From Gammaproteobacteria bacterium (lineage in GTDB: Bacteria; Pseudomonadota; Gammaproteobacteria; SZUA-229), in contig JAOULC010000007.1 of NCBI GenBank assembly GCA_029882215.1, positions 13,546 to 77,545 of the forward strand: a DNA stretch of 64,000 bases. The letters run 5' to 3'. Under the pieces are notes generated by a model. The model ran no database searches. It saw only the letters and a list, made by a program, of their open reading frames with translations, and was not told the origin of the DNA. The position numbers were made by a program, and so were the translations under genes. This document shows positions 41,405-52,216 of this stretch, in pieces. The first letter of the stretch is position 1. Each line of letters opens with the position of its first letter.

Positions 41405-43499
41405 TATTTACCTCATTTTTCTCTAAGTTATTTCTTTTGTGATCATCACCAAACCACGGGGCTATAGCATCCAATCGCAATGGTTTACTAAAATAAAATC
41501 CCTGCACAGTTTTAGCACCTAATCGCCTCACCGTCTCTAACTCTTTTTCACTTTCAACGCCCTCAAATACATTGTCAATAGCTAAACCCCGACACATCGT
41601 AACGATTGCCTTGACGATGTCCTGTAAATTTTTCTTATGGTCAATTCCTGAAATCACCGAGCGGTCTATTTTAATAATATCTATCGGCAACTTCGCAAGA
41701 TATTTAAACGAGGTATAGCCACTGCCAAAATCATCCAGTGCAATCGTACAGCCCAGCTCATGAATACTGTTTAAAAAAGCTTCTGTTTTATTAAAGTCTT
41801 TGATCAGTACTGACTCGGTTATTTCAAATTCAATCTGTGCCGGGTTGACGTTTGACTGGTCAATATATTTTTTAATCTTTTCGCTGTACTGATTTACACC
41901 GCACTGCAGTGCGGATAAATTAATCGACACCTTGGCATTTCTTGCCTTGCCGGATTTTATAAACTGCAGCACCTCTTTAATGACCCAGTCACCAACCACA
42001 TAGATCATTCCTGTCTCTTCAAGCACCGGTACAAACACGGCCGGAGAGACCTGTCCAAACTCGGCACTGTTCCAGCGGATTAATGCCTCAAAGCCTGTTG
42101 TCGCATTGCTATGAATATCACATTGAGGCTGAAAAACCAGATAAAAGTCTTCATTTTCAACCGCCAGCCTTAACGCATTCTCCAGCTCCAGACGGCCCTT
42201 AATCCGGTTAGACATTTCACTGGAATAAAACTCAAAACTGTTACTGCCTACATCCTTTGCATAATACATGGCCGTATCTGCCATCTTAAGTAGATCCAGG
42301 GCATCGATACCGTCTATTGGGTAAGTCGCTATACCGATACTGGTTCCGATATGTACATCATGGCCATTAATTTCAAACAAAGCAGCGGTGCATGCAATCA
42401 GTTTTTCAGCGACAACAAAAGCACTTCTGACGTCGCTCATTTTCTCCAGAATTATTACAAACTCATCGCCACCATTTCTGGCAATAACATCATCTTCTCT
42501 TAATGCATTCTTTAAACGCACAGACACTTGTTGTATCAGCTGATCACCAACAGCATGACCGAGGCTGTCATTAATGGCTTTAAAGCGATCCAGGTCGACA
42601 AATAAAACAGCAAACAGCGTATCGTTTTTCTGGGCTTTTATAACAGCCGCTTTCAGTCTTTCAATTAACATAACACGGTTTGGCAAACCGGTCAGCACAT
42701 CATAATACGCAAGATGATGCAGGTCTTTTTCAACCTCACATCTTTTATCAATTTGTTCTTTTAAATCCAGATTAGCTTCCAGCAATTCACTGGTGCGTTC
42801 TTTTACCAAATCTTCCAAAACTTCCTGCGCCTGTTCCAGATTTAACTGCGCCTTTTTTCTGTTTTGTATTTCCGTTTCCATCTTATCAATCAGTTTTATA
42901 TTCTGACGAATTAACTGGCGTCCCTGCTTAAATTTCAGATTGGTATTTCTGGCAATGACAAACATGAACCATGAAAAGATAAACAACGACACTGTTACCA
43001 GCAGGTTATTATTTAATGCATTAATCACCATAAGACTAAGTATTTGCGGCAAACTGAAAGCGATATACGCTTTCATCCACATCGACAGCGACCCAACCGC
43101 TGCTGTGATTAAGCCCAGATTAACGATCGTTAAAAAAAAACGCAGCTCATCATTATTCAGATCATAGTAAGCAAAACTTAATAAAGCCCAGTCCAGACCA
43201 AGCAGCAGACTGGTAAGTACATAGTAATTTGCATATTGCTGATAACTTGTTGTTCTGTCTTTTTTGTTAAAGCGCCGGAGCAACAGCATGCGGGCGCTAA
43301 AACAACCGAGAAAAACAGCAAAAAACCAGCTGATATGCTGCACTTCGCCCTGATAAGTCAGTGAAAAAATAACCAGAACAGCGGCAGCCAGCATCGCCAT
43401 ATTGGCTGGGTATGCCTGACTAAAAAGGTACTCTATCTGGTCTTTTTTGAAAGAAACGATGTTACACGCCCCGTATTTCATCCATTGTAATAACGACAA
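41394..43499 (-). CDS. Membrane GGDEF-EAL protein with intact motifs (start may be 43481)
   Basis: 5-6 TM, coiled coil, DVLTGLPNR, GGDEF, EALIRW, EITES, DDFGSG, EGVE. Confidence 0.9.
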   Translation of the reverse strand: MSLLQWMKYGACNIVSFKKDQIEYLFSQAYPANMAMLAAAVLVIFSLTYQGEVQHISWFFAVFLGCFSARMLLLRRFNKKDRTTSYQQYANYYVLTSLLLGLDWALLSFAYYDLNNDELRFFLTIVNLGLITAAVGSLSMWMKAYIAFSLPQILSLMVINALNNNLLVTVSLFIFSWFMFVIARNTNLKFKQGRQLIRQNIKLIDKMETEIQNRKKAQLNLEQAQEVLEDLVKERTSELLEANLDLKEQIDKRCEVEKDLHHLAYYDVLTGLPNRVMLIERLKAAVIKAQKNDTLFAVLFVDLDRFKAINDSLGHAVGDQLIQQVSVRLKNALREDDVIARNGGDEFVIILEKMSDVRSAFVVAEKLIACTAALFEINGHDVHIGTSIGIATYPIDGIDALDLLKMADTAMYYAKDVGSNSFEFYSSEMSNRIKGRLELENALRLAVENEDFYLVFQPQCDIHSNATTGFEALIRWNSAEFGQVSPAVFVPVLEETGMIYVVGDWVIKEVLQFIKSGKARNAKVSINLSALQCGVNQYSEKIKKYIDQSNVNPAQIEFEITESVLIKDFNKTEAFLNSIHELGCTIALDDFGSGYTSFKYLAKLPIDIIKIDRSVISGIDHKKNLQDIVKAIVTMCRGLAIDNVFEGVESEKELETVRRLGAKTVQGFYFSKPLRLDAIAPWFGDDHKRNNLEKNEVNNEI

Positions 43500-43511
43500 G
43501 CTAAACCGGTT

Positions 43512-44405
43512 TTATTTTTTTTTCGCCCTTGGATGGGCATCATCATAGACCTTTGCTAAGTGCTGAAAATCCAAATGGGTGTAGATTTGTGTTGTTGTTA
43601 AGTTTTCATGTCCAAGCAATTCCTGTACAGCCCTTAAGTCACCGCTTGACTCCAGAATGTGCGACGCAAATGAATGCCTTAACTTATGCGGATACAAATC
43701 ACTGTCTAATTGCTGTGTTATAGCCCATTTTTTCATGCGCTGCTGAATACTGCGCTGTTTTAACCGGCCACCCCGGCTGCTGACAAACACTGCCTGTTCT
43801 TCACTATCAGCTATCTGTGCCCTGACCTGAAACCATGCATCCAGTGCCAGCAGGGCTTTACCGCCATAAGGCAGCTGTCGCTGCTTATCTCCCTTGCCAA
43901 TCACTTCCAGTAACTGTTGTTTTTTATCCACTTTATTCAGGTCCAGCTTCACCAGCTCTGTCAGTCGCAAACCACAGCCATACATTAATTCCATAATCGC
44001 TTTATCCCTGATGCTCAATACATCTTGTTCTTTTATATTGAGCAACTGATCTAACTGATCAACTGTTAATAACTCAGGCAGTTTTCGTGATACCTTGGGT
44101 GCACGAACACCTTGAGCGGGATTAGTTGCCAGCAAGCGCTGCTTATTAAGAAAATTAAACAGACTGCGCAGCGCGGACAGCAATCGCTGTAAACTACGGC
44201 CACTCAGGCCCTGACGATGACGGCTGGCAACAAATGCGCGGATGTGCGCTGAATCTAAGGCGGAAAATTGTTTGATGGAATGCTGCTCACAATAGTTCAG
44301 AAATGAACCAATGTCGCGCTGATAACTTTTTAGGGTATGCTCAGAGTACTGTTTTTCTGATTGCAGATATTGGTAAAATCGTAAAACTTGTGACTGTAAT
44401 GTCAT
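43512..44405 (-). CDS. xerC: Tyrosine recombinase XerC
   Basis: [41 protein letters not shown]; dapF-yigA-xerC order. Confidence 0.95.
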   Translation of the reverse strand: MTLQSQVLRFYQYLQSEKQYSEHTLKSYQRDIGSFLNYCEQHSIKQFSALDSAHIRAFVASRHRQGLSGRSLQRLLSALRSLFNFLNKQRLLATNPAQGVRAPKVSRKLPELLTVDQLDQLLNIKEQDVLSIRDKAIMELMYGCGLRLTELVKLDLNKVDKKQQLLEVIGKGDKQRQLPYGGKALLALDAWFQVRAQIADSEEQAVFVSSRGGRLKQRSIQQRMKKWAITQQLDSDLYPHKLRHSFASHILESSGDLRAVQELLGHENLTTTQIYTHLDFQHLAKVYDDAHPRAKKK

Positions 44406-45106
44406 CAGTTTTGATAAGTAGCAATGGCTGCGCTCACCAGTTCACTGATTTGAGAAAGAAAGCTGGTCGCCATCCCCGGATTGAATCGATCGGGATGCTG
44501 CCCCCCCAAACCAATAAAACCAATATTGGCACCCGAGACCAGTGGTATCAGTGCGGCTGATTGTATGTCTTCATGTTCCTGTGTAAAGATACAGGCAATT
44601 TGTTGCTGACTTAAACGTCCGCAAAGCGGCTTATAGGCCTCTACGATTGAACTGATTGACTGATAACGCAGATCATCCTTATGTATATACCATTGCGGCA
44701 TTTGCTCACATAACTTCGTGTCATCTGTCACCAGATGCACGCTCGCATAATCCACCTGAAACTCGTGACGCATTGCATCAACCACGGCACTCAAAAGCGA
44801 CTCTAAATCATCACTCAAAAGTAAGTTAACGACCAGTTGTAAAATGTTACGGCTTAGCTGCTCATTTTCCCGGGCCAGAGAGACCAGCTCAACCAGTTTG
44901 TTTTCCAGCCGCATATTTTTATCACGCAATACAAAAACCTGACGTTCAATCAGGGAAATAGCCGGGCCGGTATCATGTGATAATTCCAGTTTGCTCAACA
45001 GACCGGCATGCCGGTCAAAAAAATCCGGGTGTTGATCCAGGTATTCTGCAACGGTCTGCTCATCGAGATCCGCTGTTATTCCTTTTGCTTCTGGTTGCTG
45101 CTTCAA
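44405..45106 (-). CDS. yigA: DUF484 / YigA-family protein
   Basis: [27 protein letters not shown]; position between dapF and xerC. Confidence 0.88.
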   Translation of the reverse strand: MKQQPEAKGITADLDEQTVAEYLDQHPDFFDRHAGLLSKLELSHDTGPAISLIERQVFVLRDKNMRLENKLVELVSLARENEQLSRNILQLVVNLLLSDDLESLLSAVVDAMRHEFQVDYASVHLVTDDTKLCEQMPQWYIHKDDLRYQSISSIVEAYKPLCGRLSQQQIACIFTQEHEDIQSAALIPLVSGANIGFIGLGGQHPDRFNPGMATSFLSQISELVSAAIATYQN

Positions 45107-45933
45107 TGTTCTATCTGTCCTTCGTATACAGTTGTTGCTGACCCCGTCATAAACACGGGAGTGCCCGCGCCTTGCCAGCGTATAATCAGCTGGCCACCGG
45201 GTAAGCTTACCTCGACTTCATCATCAAGCCAACCACGCACAATACCTGACACCACAGCAGCACAGGCACCTGTGCCACATGCCAGCGTCTCACCTGCGCC
45301 ACGCTCATAGACACGTAGCCGAATATGCCGGCGATCCACACATTGCATAAAACCAACATTCACCCGCCTGGGAAATCGCTCATGGGACTCCAATAATGGC
45401 CCGAGCTTTGCGACTGCGGCTGTATCTATATTATCTACCTTCAGCACCGCATGTGGATTACCCATTGATACGGCGCCAATTTCAAGCGTCTCACCCGCCA
45501 CATCCAGCAGATAAGTATCGGCTTGTTGTTCGGCAATAAATGGTAATGCAGCAGGAGCAAACACCGGCTCACCCATATTGACTTCGACCAGCTCTCCTTG
45601 CAGAACCGTCAGCGTGATTAAGCCTGAACTGGTTTCAACCGGAATCACTTTGGATGCCGTCAGTGCTTTTTCGGTCACAAATCTGGCAAAACAACGCGCG
45701 CCGTTACCGCACTGCTCGACTTCGCTGCCATCGGCATTGTAAATACGATATAAGAATTCTGCCCGACTGGTTTTAGGTCGTTCAACTAATAACAACTGAT
45801 CAAAGCCTATGCCAAATCGACGATCTGACCATTGCCTGATTTTGTCAGGCGTCAAAACCAGATTTTGATTAATGGCATCAATCACCATAAAGTCATTACC
45901 CAGACCATGCATTTTTGTGAATTTAACTATCAT
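45103..45933 (-). CDS. dapF: Diaminopimelate epimerase
   Basis: [36 protein letters not shown]. Confidence 0.97.
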   Translation of the reverse strand: MIVKFTKMHGLGNDFMVIDAINQNLVLTPDKIRQWSDRRFGIGFDQLLLVERPKTSRAEFLYRIYNADGSEVEQCGNGARCFARFVTEKALTASKVIPVETSSGLITLTVLQGELVEVNMGEPVFAPAALPFIAEQQADTYLLDVAGETLEIGAVSMGNPHAVLKVDNIDTAAVAKLGPLLESHERFPRRVNVGFMQCVDRRHIRLRVYERGAGETLACGTGACAAVVSGIVRGWLDDEVEVSLPGGQLIIRWQGAGTPVFMTGSATTVYEGQIEH

Positions 45934-46502
45934 GGCGAAAATATAACACATAAGTATTTGTTTTTATGAACAAATATCTCAACAGCGAGGATATTTTTCT
46001 TAGCGGCTTAGCTTTCAAAAAATAAGCGATGGATTCTTTAGCCGCAAGTTCAGGCGGCTGTATTTTTTGCTGCTTTGCTGACTAAATATCAGGCTACAAA
46101 TAAATCTGACAATAGCCGTCATTTTCGATAGCTGAACAGGCCTTTTTGATGCTGACTGATTTATACGGTAACTCATAGTCATGCCATAGCATTTTTATTG
46201 TATTACTAAAGAAAATAGCGATTTACTTTTATCCTTATTCTTTTTTGCTATATATAAAATCACAGCTAACAGATGCGACTTACTCTGTCAGCTCAGCAAT
46301 GAAAGTATATGGGGTTTTTCTAATATAACTTTGTCTACTTTTTAAAGACCAATAACTATTGGAAGATAACGATTTGCAATGGTATATTCATCTTCCACAC
46401 AAGACCATAATTCATAATTATGAATAATAAAATTTTTGGTCATTCCTGCGGATTATCCGTATTGAGAGCCAATACAACCACAATTATCGAGGATTTTTCT
46501 AT

Positions 46503-47510
46503 ATGAAAATGTTATTTCGTACTTTATTAGCCGTTCCATTGGCACTTGCAAGCATGCAAGCTATGGCGGCTGATTACACCATCAAGTTGTCACACGTTGT
46601 TTCAGCTCATACACCGAAAGGTCAGGCGGCCGATCTTTTTGCTAAGCTCGTTGAAGAGCGCACTAAAGGCCGGGTAAAAGTTGAAGTTTTTCCTAACTCA
46701 CAACTTTATAACGACAATAAAGTATTAGAAGCCATGCGTTTAAGCGGTAGCAAAACTACCGGCATCATGGCTGCACCTAGCCTGTCAAAGTTTGTTAAAT
46801 TTTCAAAAACACTGCAAACATTTGATCTGCCTTTCCTGTTTAATAACACAGATGATGTGCATAAACTGGTCGACTCACCGCTTATGACGCGCCTGACTAA
46901 AGGCCTGGATAAGAAAGGTTTACGTGCCTTGACAGTTTGGGACAATGGCATGAAAGTTTTCTCAATCAAAGCGGATAAGCCACTGCGCAATATTCCTGCT
47001 GACTTTACCGGTAAAAAATTCCGTATCCAGTCATCTAATATCGCAGCCTCTATGATTGAGCATCTGGGTGGCACACCACAAAAACTACCATTCAAAGAAG
47101 TTTACACAGCATTAGGCCAGGGCGTTGTCGATGGTCAGGAAAATGCATGGTCGAATGTTCACTCGAAGAAGTTCTATGAAGTTCAGGATTACATTTCAGT
47201 AACAAACCACGCTTACCTGGGTTATCTGGTTGTTGTTAGTGATGAATTCTGGAGCAACCTGCCTGCCGATATCCGTAACACTGTCAGCGGTGCATTAAAA
47301 GAAGCCACTGAAGCTAACCGTAAATTTGCAGCGATTGCTGACAAAGGTGACCGCAAGAAAATCGAAGATGACAAGTACGCTAAAGTTGTTGAGCTGACTG
47401 ATGCAGAACGTGCTGCATGGCGCCAGGCAACTGCACCAGTATGGACTGAGTTCCGTGATGAAATCGGCGCTGAGCTGATTGATGATGTGAAGAAACTGCT
47501 GGGCCGTTAA
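46503..47510 (+). CDS. dctP: TRAP transporter substrate-binding protein DctP
   Basis: SHVV..HTPKG, VFPNSQL, FDLPFLF, G.KFRIQ, VVDGQEN, NHAYLGY. Confidence 0.92.
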   Translation: MKMLFRTLLAVPLALASMQAMAADYTIKLSHVVSAHTPKGQAADLFAKLVEERTKGRVKVEVFPNSQLYNDNKVLEAMRLSGSKTTGIMAAPSLSKFVKFSKTLQTFDLPFLFNNTDDVHKLVDSPLMTRLTKGLDKKGLRALTVWDNGMKVFSIKADKPLRNIPADFTGKKFRIQSSNIAASMIEHLGGTPQKLPFKEVYTALGQGVVDGQENAWSNVHSKKFYEVQDYISVTNHAYLGYLVVVSDEFWSNLPADIRNTVSGALKEATEANRKFAAIADKGDRKKIEDDKYAKVVELTDAERAAWRQATAPVWTEFRDEIGAELIDDVKKLLGR

Positions 47511-47534
47511 TCTACCTTTCCAGTTACTGGAATC

Positions 47535-47565
47535 TCAGGGGGTGATTTTTTACCCCCTGACTTTT
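47535..47565 (+). terminator. Hairpin after dctP (partial terminator or mRNA stabiliser)
   Basis: tcagggggt...accccctga-ctttt. Confidence 0.7.
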
Positions 47566-47582
47566 AAGCTAAAAAAAATACT

Positions 47583-48104
47583 ATGCTAACTTTAAATCGT
47601 TATATCGATCTGTTTGAAAAATACAGCATTACCATTCTCTTTGCTGTTGCCACACTGATATTATTTACTAATGTGGTTTTACGTTATTTCTTTGACACCG
47701 GTCTGATCTGGGCATTAGAGCTGGTTCAATACCTGTTTGCCTGGGTGGTTCTGGTTGGTGCTGCACATGGTGTTAAAGTCGGCATTCATCTCGGCATTGA
47801 TATTTTGCTGATTAAAATGTCGAAATCTCTGCGTAAAAAAACCCTGATAGTTGCTATCCTGTGCTGTATTAGCTTCGTTGCAATCGTCGATTACAATGCG
47901 TTTATCTATACCTTTAAAATTTATCAATGGGGCGACATTACTGAAGATTTACAAATACCACAGTGGATACCTTATCTTGCCATTCCGGTTGGTTTAAGCC
48001 TGATGTTGTATCACTTCCTGACTCTGGGCTGGGAAATCATTACCGATCAACGCGACACAATTCACACCAATGAAGCCGACGCCGCTATGGAAGAAATAGA
48101 CTAA
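47583..48104 (+). CDS. dctQ: TRAP small permease DctQ
   Basis: 4 TM, NVVLRY, WALEL, HLGID. Confidence 0.9.
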   Translation: MLTLNRYIDLFEKYSITILFAVATLILFTNVVLRYFFDTGLIWALELVQYLFAWVVLVGAAHGVKVGIHLGIDILLIKMSKSLRKKTLIVAILCCISFVAIVDYNAFIYTFKIYQWGDITEDLQIPQWIPYLAIPVGLSLMLYHFLTLGWEIITDQRDTIHTNEADAAMEEID

Positions 48105-49381
48105 TGACAATTGCACTGCTCTTTATTGGCCTTTTAATCTTACTGCTGATTGGTGTACCGATTGCCGTCAGTCTGGGTTTAAGCAGCCTCTCATATTTAA
48201 TGCTGGCAACCGATGATTCTCCAACCATCATTGCACAAAAATTATTCGACACAATGGAACACACCACCTTACTGGCGATTCCATTCTTTATCCTGTCATC
48301 ACACTTCCTGACCACCGGCGGTGTATCAAACCGCCTGGTCGAGTTTGCAAAATCACTGGTTGGCTGGATGCACGGAGGTCTGGCGATGGCAGGTGTTGTC
48401 TCATGCATGCTGTTTGCCGCTATTTCCGGCTCATCACCGGCGACCGTTGTCGCGATAGGCTCTATCTTAATTCCAGGCATGATCAAAGCCGGTTATGACA
48501 AACGCTTTGCGGTAGGTGTTATTGCCACAGCCGGCAGTATGGGTATCTTAATTCCACCGTCCATTCCGATGATTGTATATGCCGATGCGGTGGAAGAGTC
48601 TGTTGGTAAGATGTTCATTGCCGGTATTTTACCGGGCATCCTGATGGGTGTTTTGCTAATGCTTGCAACCTGGGTCACAGCGCGTCATTTAAAGATGCCA
48701 CGTGAGCCCTGGCAGGGATTTTCTCATATCTTCAAGACTTTTCGACACGCCTTCTCGGGTTTGTTTTTGATCGTCATTGTGGTCGGCGGGATTTATGGCG
48801 GGATTTTCACGCCAACAGAAGCTGCCGCGGTCGCTGCCGTCTACTCGGCCTTTATTGCACTCTTTGTGCATAATGATATGACCCTGAAAGACGTACCACA
48901 AGTGATGCTCGACTCCGCCAAGATGACTTCTGTTATTATGTTTATCATTGCCTGTGCAATGATCTTTGCGCATGTTCTAACCGAACAACAAGTACCACAA
49001 ACCTTATCTCAAATCGTTATTGAACAAGACCTGAGTCCCGGTGCCTTCCTGTTTATGGTGAACGTCATTCTGTGGTTTGCCGGTGACTTTATGGAGCCTT
49101 CATCAATTCTGTTGATTCTGGCACCATTGTTCCATCCTATTGCACTGACGCTGGGCATAGACCCGATCCATCTGGGCATTGTAATGACCACTAACATGGA
49201 AGTCGGTATGATCACACCGCCGGTTGGTCTTAATCTTTATGTCGCAGCCGGCTTAACCGGTATGACACTGGGACAGGTAACACGTGCAGCCCTGCCTTGG
49301 ATGGGGGTCATGATCGTCGCCTTAATCATCATTACCTATGTACCCTGGTTTAGCCTCTATCTTGTGAACCTACTGTACTAA
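48104..49381 (+). CDS. dctM: TRAP large permease DctM
   Basis: LLAIPFFIL, FAAISGSSPAT, LIPPSIPM, FTPTEAA, ITPPVGLNL. Confidence 0.94.
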   Translation: MTIALLFIGLLILLLIGVPIAVSLGLSSLSYLMLATDDSPTIIAQKLFDTMEHTTLLAIPFFILSSHFLTTGGVSNRLVEFAKSLVGWMHGGLAMAGVVSCMLFAAISGSSPATVVAIGSILIPGMIKAGYDKRFAVGVIATAGSMGILIPPSIPMIVYADAVEESVGKMFIAGILPGILMGVLLMLATWVTARHLKMPREPWQGFSHIFKTFRHAFSGLFLIVIVVGGIYGGIFTPTEAAAVAAVYSAFIALFVHNDMTLKDVPQVMLDSAKMTSVIMFIIACAMIFAHVLTEQQVPQTLSQIVIEQDLSPGAFLFMVNVILWFAGDFMEPSSILLILAPLFHPIALTLGIDPIHLGIVMTTNMEVGMITPPVGLNLYVAAGLTGMTLGQVTRAALPWMGVMIVALIIITYVPWFSLYLVNLLY

Positions 49382-49399
49382 TTAGCTACTTCATTAGCT

Positions 49400-49442
49400 C
49401 AACAAACCCGCTACTCGTCAGACTAGCGGGTTTGTTGTTTTT
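49400..49442 (+). terminator. Intrinsic terminator after dctM
   Basis: caacaaacccgcta...tagcgggtttgttg-ttttt. Confidence 0.8.
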
Positions 49443-49454
49443 GGATACATCGTT

Positions 49455-50198
49455 ATGCTGCTTGAATTTAGTGCTTTACAAATTTTTCTGACCGCACTGA
49501 TTTTTATCTGGTCTGGTTTTGTACGCAGCGGCCTGGGATTTGGTGGCGCGGCACTGAGCCTGCCCTTATTGCTCATCGTTTATGATCAGCCGATTTTCTG
49601 GATGCCCATTATTGGCGCCCATTTACTCCTGTTTTCTGCACTGACACTGCGGACCCGCCTGAGAAGCATCAGCTGGGAATACCTGTTACGTTCAATGCCG
49701 ATCATCTTACCGACAACCATCGCCGGTGTCTTCGGGCTTATTAGCTTGCCCAATAAAATCATACTTATTTTTATTTATAGCGTCACGCTGTTCTACGCTA
49801 TCATGTGGATGCTGCGCGTTACCATACACAGTTCAAACCGCTGGGTAGATCGCTTTTTACTGGCACTTGGCGGCTATATCGTTGGCACGTCATTAAGTGG
49901 CGCACCTTTGATCGTTGCGGTTTATATGAAAAATATCGCACCACAACATTTACGCAACACCTTGCTATTATTATGGTTTGTACTGGTTGGTATAAAAATG
50001 GCGACGTTCACCGTGTTCGACGTGGATTTACAGCTCGATAGCGCATTGATGCTAGTACCTGTTGCGGCTATTGGTCATATCATCGGTTTAAAACTGCATG
50101 ATATGATTCTTGAAAAAGATCAGCAGTTTAAACGTGTTATCGGCGTTGCTTTGCTGGTGGTTTGTGTACTCGGACTGTGGAAAATTTTAAATAGCTAA
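49455..50198 (+). CDS. TauE/SafE (TSUP) family membrane protein
   Basis: SGFVRSGLGFGG, G..SLSGAPL; about 8 TM. Confidence 0.8.
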   Translation: MLLEFSALQIFLTALIFIWSGFVRSGLGFGGAALSLPLLLIVYDQPIFWMPIIGAHLLLFSALTLRTRLRSISWEYLLRSMPIILPTTIAGVFGLISLPNKIILIFIYSVTLFYAIMWMLRVTIHSSNRWVDRFLLALGGYIVGTSLSGAPLIVAVYMKNIAPQHLRNTLLLLWFVLVGIKMATFTVFDVDLQLDSALMLVPVAAIGHIIGLKLHDMILEKDQQFKRVIGVALLVVCVLGLWKILNS

Positions 50199-50282
50199 AC
50201 CTTTTTATCAGCGTCACTGGCTTTGCAGCTGCTCAATATACTGAATAAAATATATTCTGTAGCTGAAAGCATTTGTATTTAT

Positions 50283-50885
50283 CTAGCTCATTTTCCATAC
50301 AAGTATTCTGTTATTGACCGGCATCTCAATATCTTCCTGCAAAACAAAACCGGCCTTTTCTGCAAATACGGTCAGCTCTGACATGTCTCTGATACCACTT
50401 GCCTCATCTCTTTGTTTAAGCCAGTGATCAAAACGCGCATTACTTTCACTGCTGAACCGACCATCTTTATTAAACGGCCCGTAACAACAAAACAAAGCGT
50501 CTTTATTTAATAGTTTACCCAGCCCTGCAAATAGTTTTTCTACATGCAAAATCGACATAATATGCAATGTATTGGCGCTAAACACAGCATCATAATCAGC
50601 TGTTAGTCCCCAGTGTTGCTGTGCAACATCGAGCACCAGCGGCGCTTCAATATTGTCTAAACCGGCATCTTCTACCCAGATATTAACTCCCGCTACATTT
50701 TCTGCAAGTTCAGTCGGCTGCCATCGCAGATGCGACAGGTGCCTGGCAAAGTGCACCGCATGCTGCCCTGTTCCGCTGCCTATTTCGAGCACACAGTCTG
50801 AATTTGCATAAAGCACCATTAATTGCTCGAGAATAACCGTTTTATTTTCTTCAGATGACTGTGAAAATGGCTTAGTAGATTTCAT
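50283..50885 (-). CDS. DUF938-family SAM-dependent methyltransferase
   Basis: ENK..I, LEIGSGTGQHA, WQPTE, NTLHI, YGPF, SN..FD..L, MPVNN. Confidence 0.88.
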   Translation of the reverse strand: MKSTKPFSQSSEENKTVILEQLMVLYANSDCVLEIGSGTGQHAVHFARHLSHLRWQPTELAENVAGVNIWVEDAGLDNIEAPLVLDVAQQHWGLTADYDAVFSANTLHIMSILHVEKLFAGLGKLLNKDALFCCYGPFNKDGRFSSESNARFDHWLKQRDEASGIRDMSELTVFAEKAGFVLQEDIEMPVNNRILVWKMS

Positions 50886-50899
50886 GACTGTCCTGTTTA

Positions 50900-52180
50900 T
50901 TAATGACGATAGACAGAACAGGCAAATAATCGTCGTTCTATATCGCGGATAACTTGAATATATTCTTCACTGCTTAAATTGCCATATTCAATTCTGAATT
51001 CTTCGGCCGTTAATCCTTCCTGCAGGCCACTGATATCCGCCATTATTTCATCTTCCGAACTTAGCTGACTCAGCCTGCTCTGTATTTCAACTGCTCTTGC
51101 CGGTGACTGTGCTAAGGTCGCCAGCTTATTACCGGCAATATCAGCCATCAGATCCACAAAACTAAACCCGCTGCCGCCGTTAGCATCTTTAAGCTCTTTC
51201 CTTAATCCTATCGCATTTGACCAGACAGAATCGCTCATCATATTAATGGCACTGCTGATAAGGTAGTGCTTTGTTAAATCACCACGGTCTTTCAGAGTAA
51301 GTTCAATTCTCGGGCGCACGGACAATGTCTCATCACTGACATATGACAGCGGATTTTTATTAATCGTATATGCTGCCAAAGTCAGTAAGGCAATTCGATT
51401 TTCTTCAACAGCCTGTTCATTTATCAGCGACCGCTTCTGTGCAAATGTAAAGATTGGCGCAACAACATTTATAACCGACTGTTCTTTTGTATCAAGCTCA
51501 CTAAGTATCCTGTCCATTTCAAGCGCATAAGCACTGATACGCTCTCGCTGAACATCATCGACTGCCACTTTTTTTATGACACTTCTCAGCTTACTGTAAT
51601 CGATGCGCTTAATCTGATAGTGAACTGTCATCGCAGAATCAGCGACATCAATACGCTTAACCAGTTTCCACAATAAATAATACGATGGATAGTGTTCTTT
51701 AATATAATCGGCAATGGCCGGTTGCAAATAATGCAGAACAACAGACGGCACCGATAAATGTCCTATGCTCATTTCATCAATCACAAAATATCTGGCATAA
51801 CCAACACTCATTGTCAGTTTAATATTAATAAACTTTCCCAGCGGATTTGATGGTAAACGGTAGGACAGATCTGAATATATGATTCCCTTTTTTAAATTCA
51901 CACTGGCGCGCAATTTGTTTTCTAAAAATTGATTTGCAAAGCGCAGCAAGTCATTCAGCTCACTGTCTGTTATTTGTAACTGCACCTTAGCAGCCGATAC
52001 TACTTTTGCCGGTGAATTTTCCGAAGCAAGCTGTCGTATCCTCGCAACATCCTGATCAGTCAGTGGCAGCGGTGCCGGTACTGAGGCGCTATCATCAACT
52101 GAAATAAACACAGCACCGGCAAGCAGAACTAGCAAGCATAAAATCGTTATTACAATTGTGTAGAGTAAAGTTTTGATCAT
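50900..52180 (-). CDS. Membrane-anchored hypothetical protein with YfiM-like C-terminal motifs
   Basis: N-terminal TM; C-terminal DLTKHYLISSA, GLRKELKD, GSGFSFVDLMADIAG. Confidence 0.65.
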   Translation of the reverse strand: MIKTLLYTIVITILCLLVLLAGAVFISVDDSASVPAPLPLTDQDVARIRQLASENSPAKVVSAAKVQLQITDSELNDLLRFANQFLENKLRASVNLKKGIIYSDLSYRLPSNPLGKFINIKLTMSVGYARYFVIDEMSIGHLSVPSVVLHYLQPAIADYIKEHYPSYYLLWKLVKRIDVADSAMTVHYQIKRIDYSKLRSVIKKVAVDDVQRERISAYALEMDRILSELDTKEQSVINVVAPIFTFAQKRSLINEQAVEENRIALLTLAAYTINKNPLSYVSDETLSVRPRIELTLKDRGDLTKHYLISSAINMMSDSVWSNAIGLRKELKDANGGSGFSFVDLMADIAGNKLATLAQSPARAVEIQSRLSQLSSEDEIMADISGLQEGLTAEEFRIEYGNLSSEEYIQVIRDIERRLFACSVYRH

Positions 52181-52216
52181 TTAATTGTCCATATAATCTG
52201 TTGATCACGAAAATAT

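Noticed and set aside
43512..44405. Tyrosine recombinase as a sign of a prophage or integron
   Set aside because: It is housekeeping XerC in dapF-yigA-xerC context; no att repeats, phage genes or dif site seen
45966..46070. 19-aa ORF plus terminator-like hairpin upstream of dapF (possible lptM/yifL or leader peptide)
   Set aside because: Wrong strand for lptM, no lipobox or CGxKGxL motif, no SD
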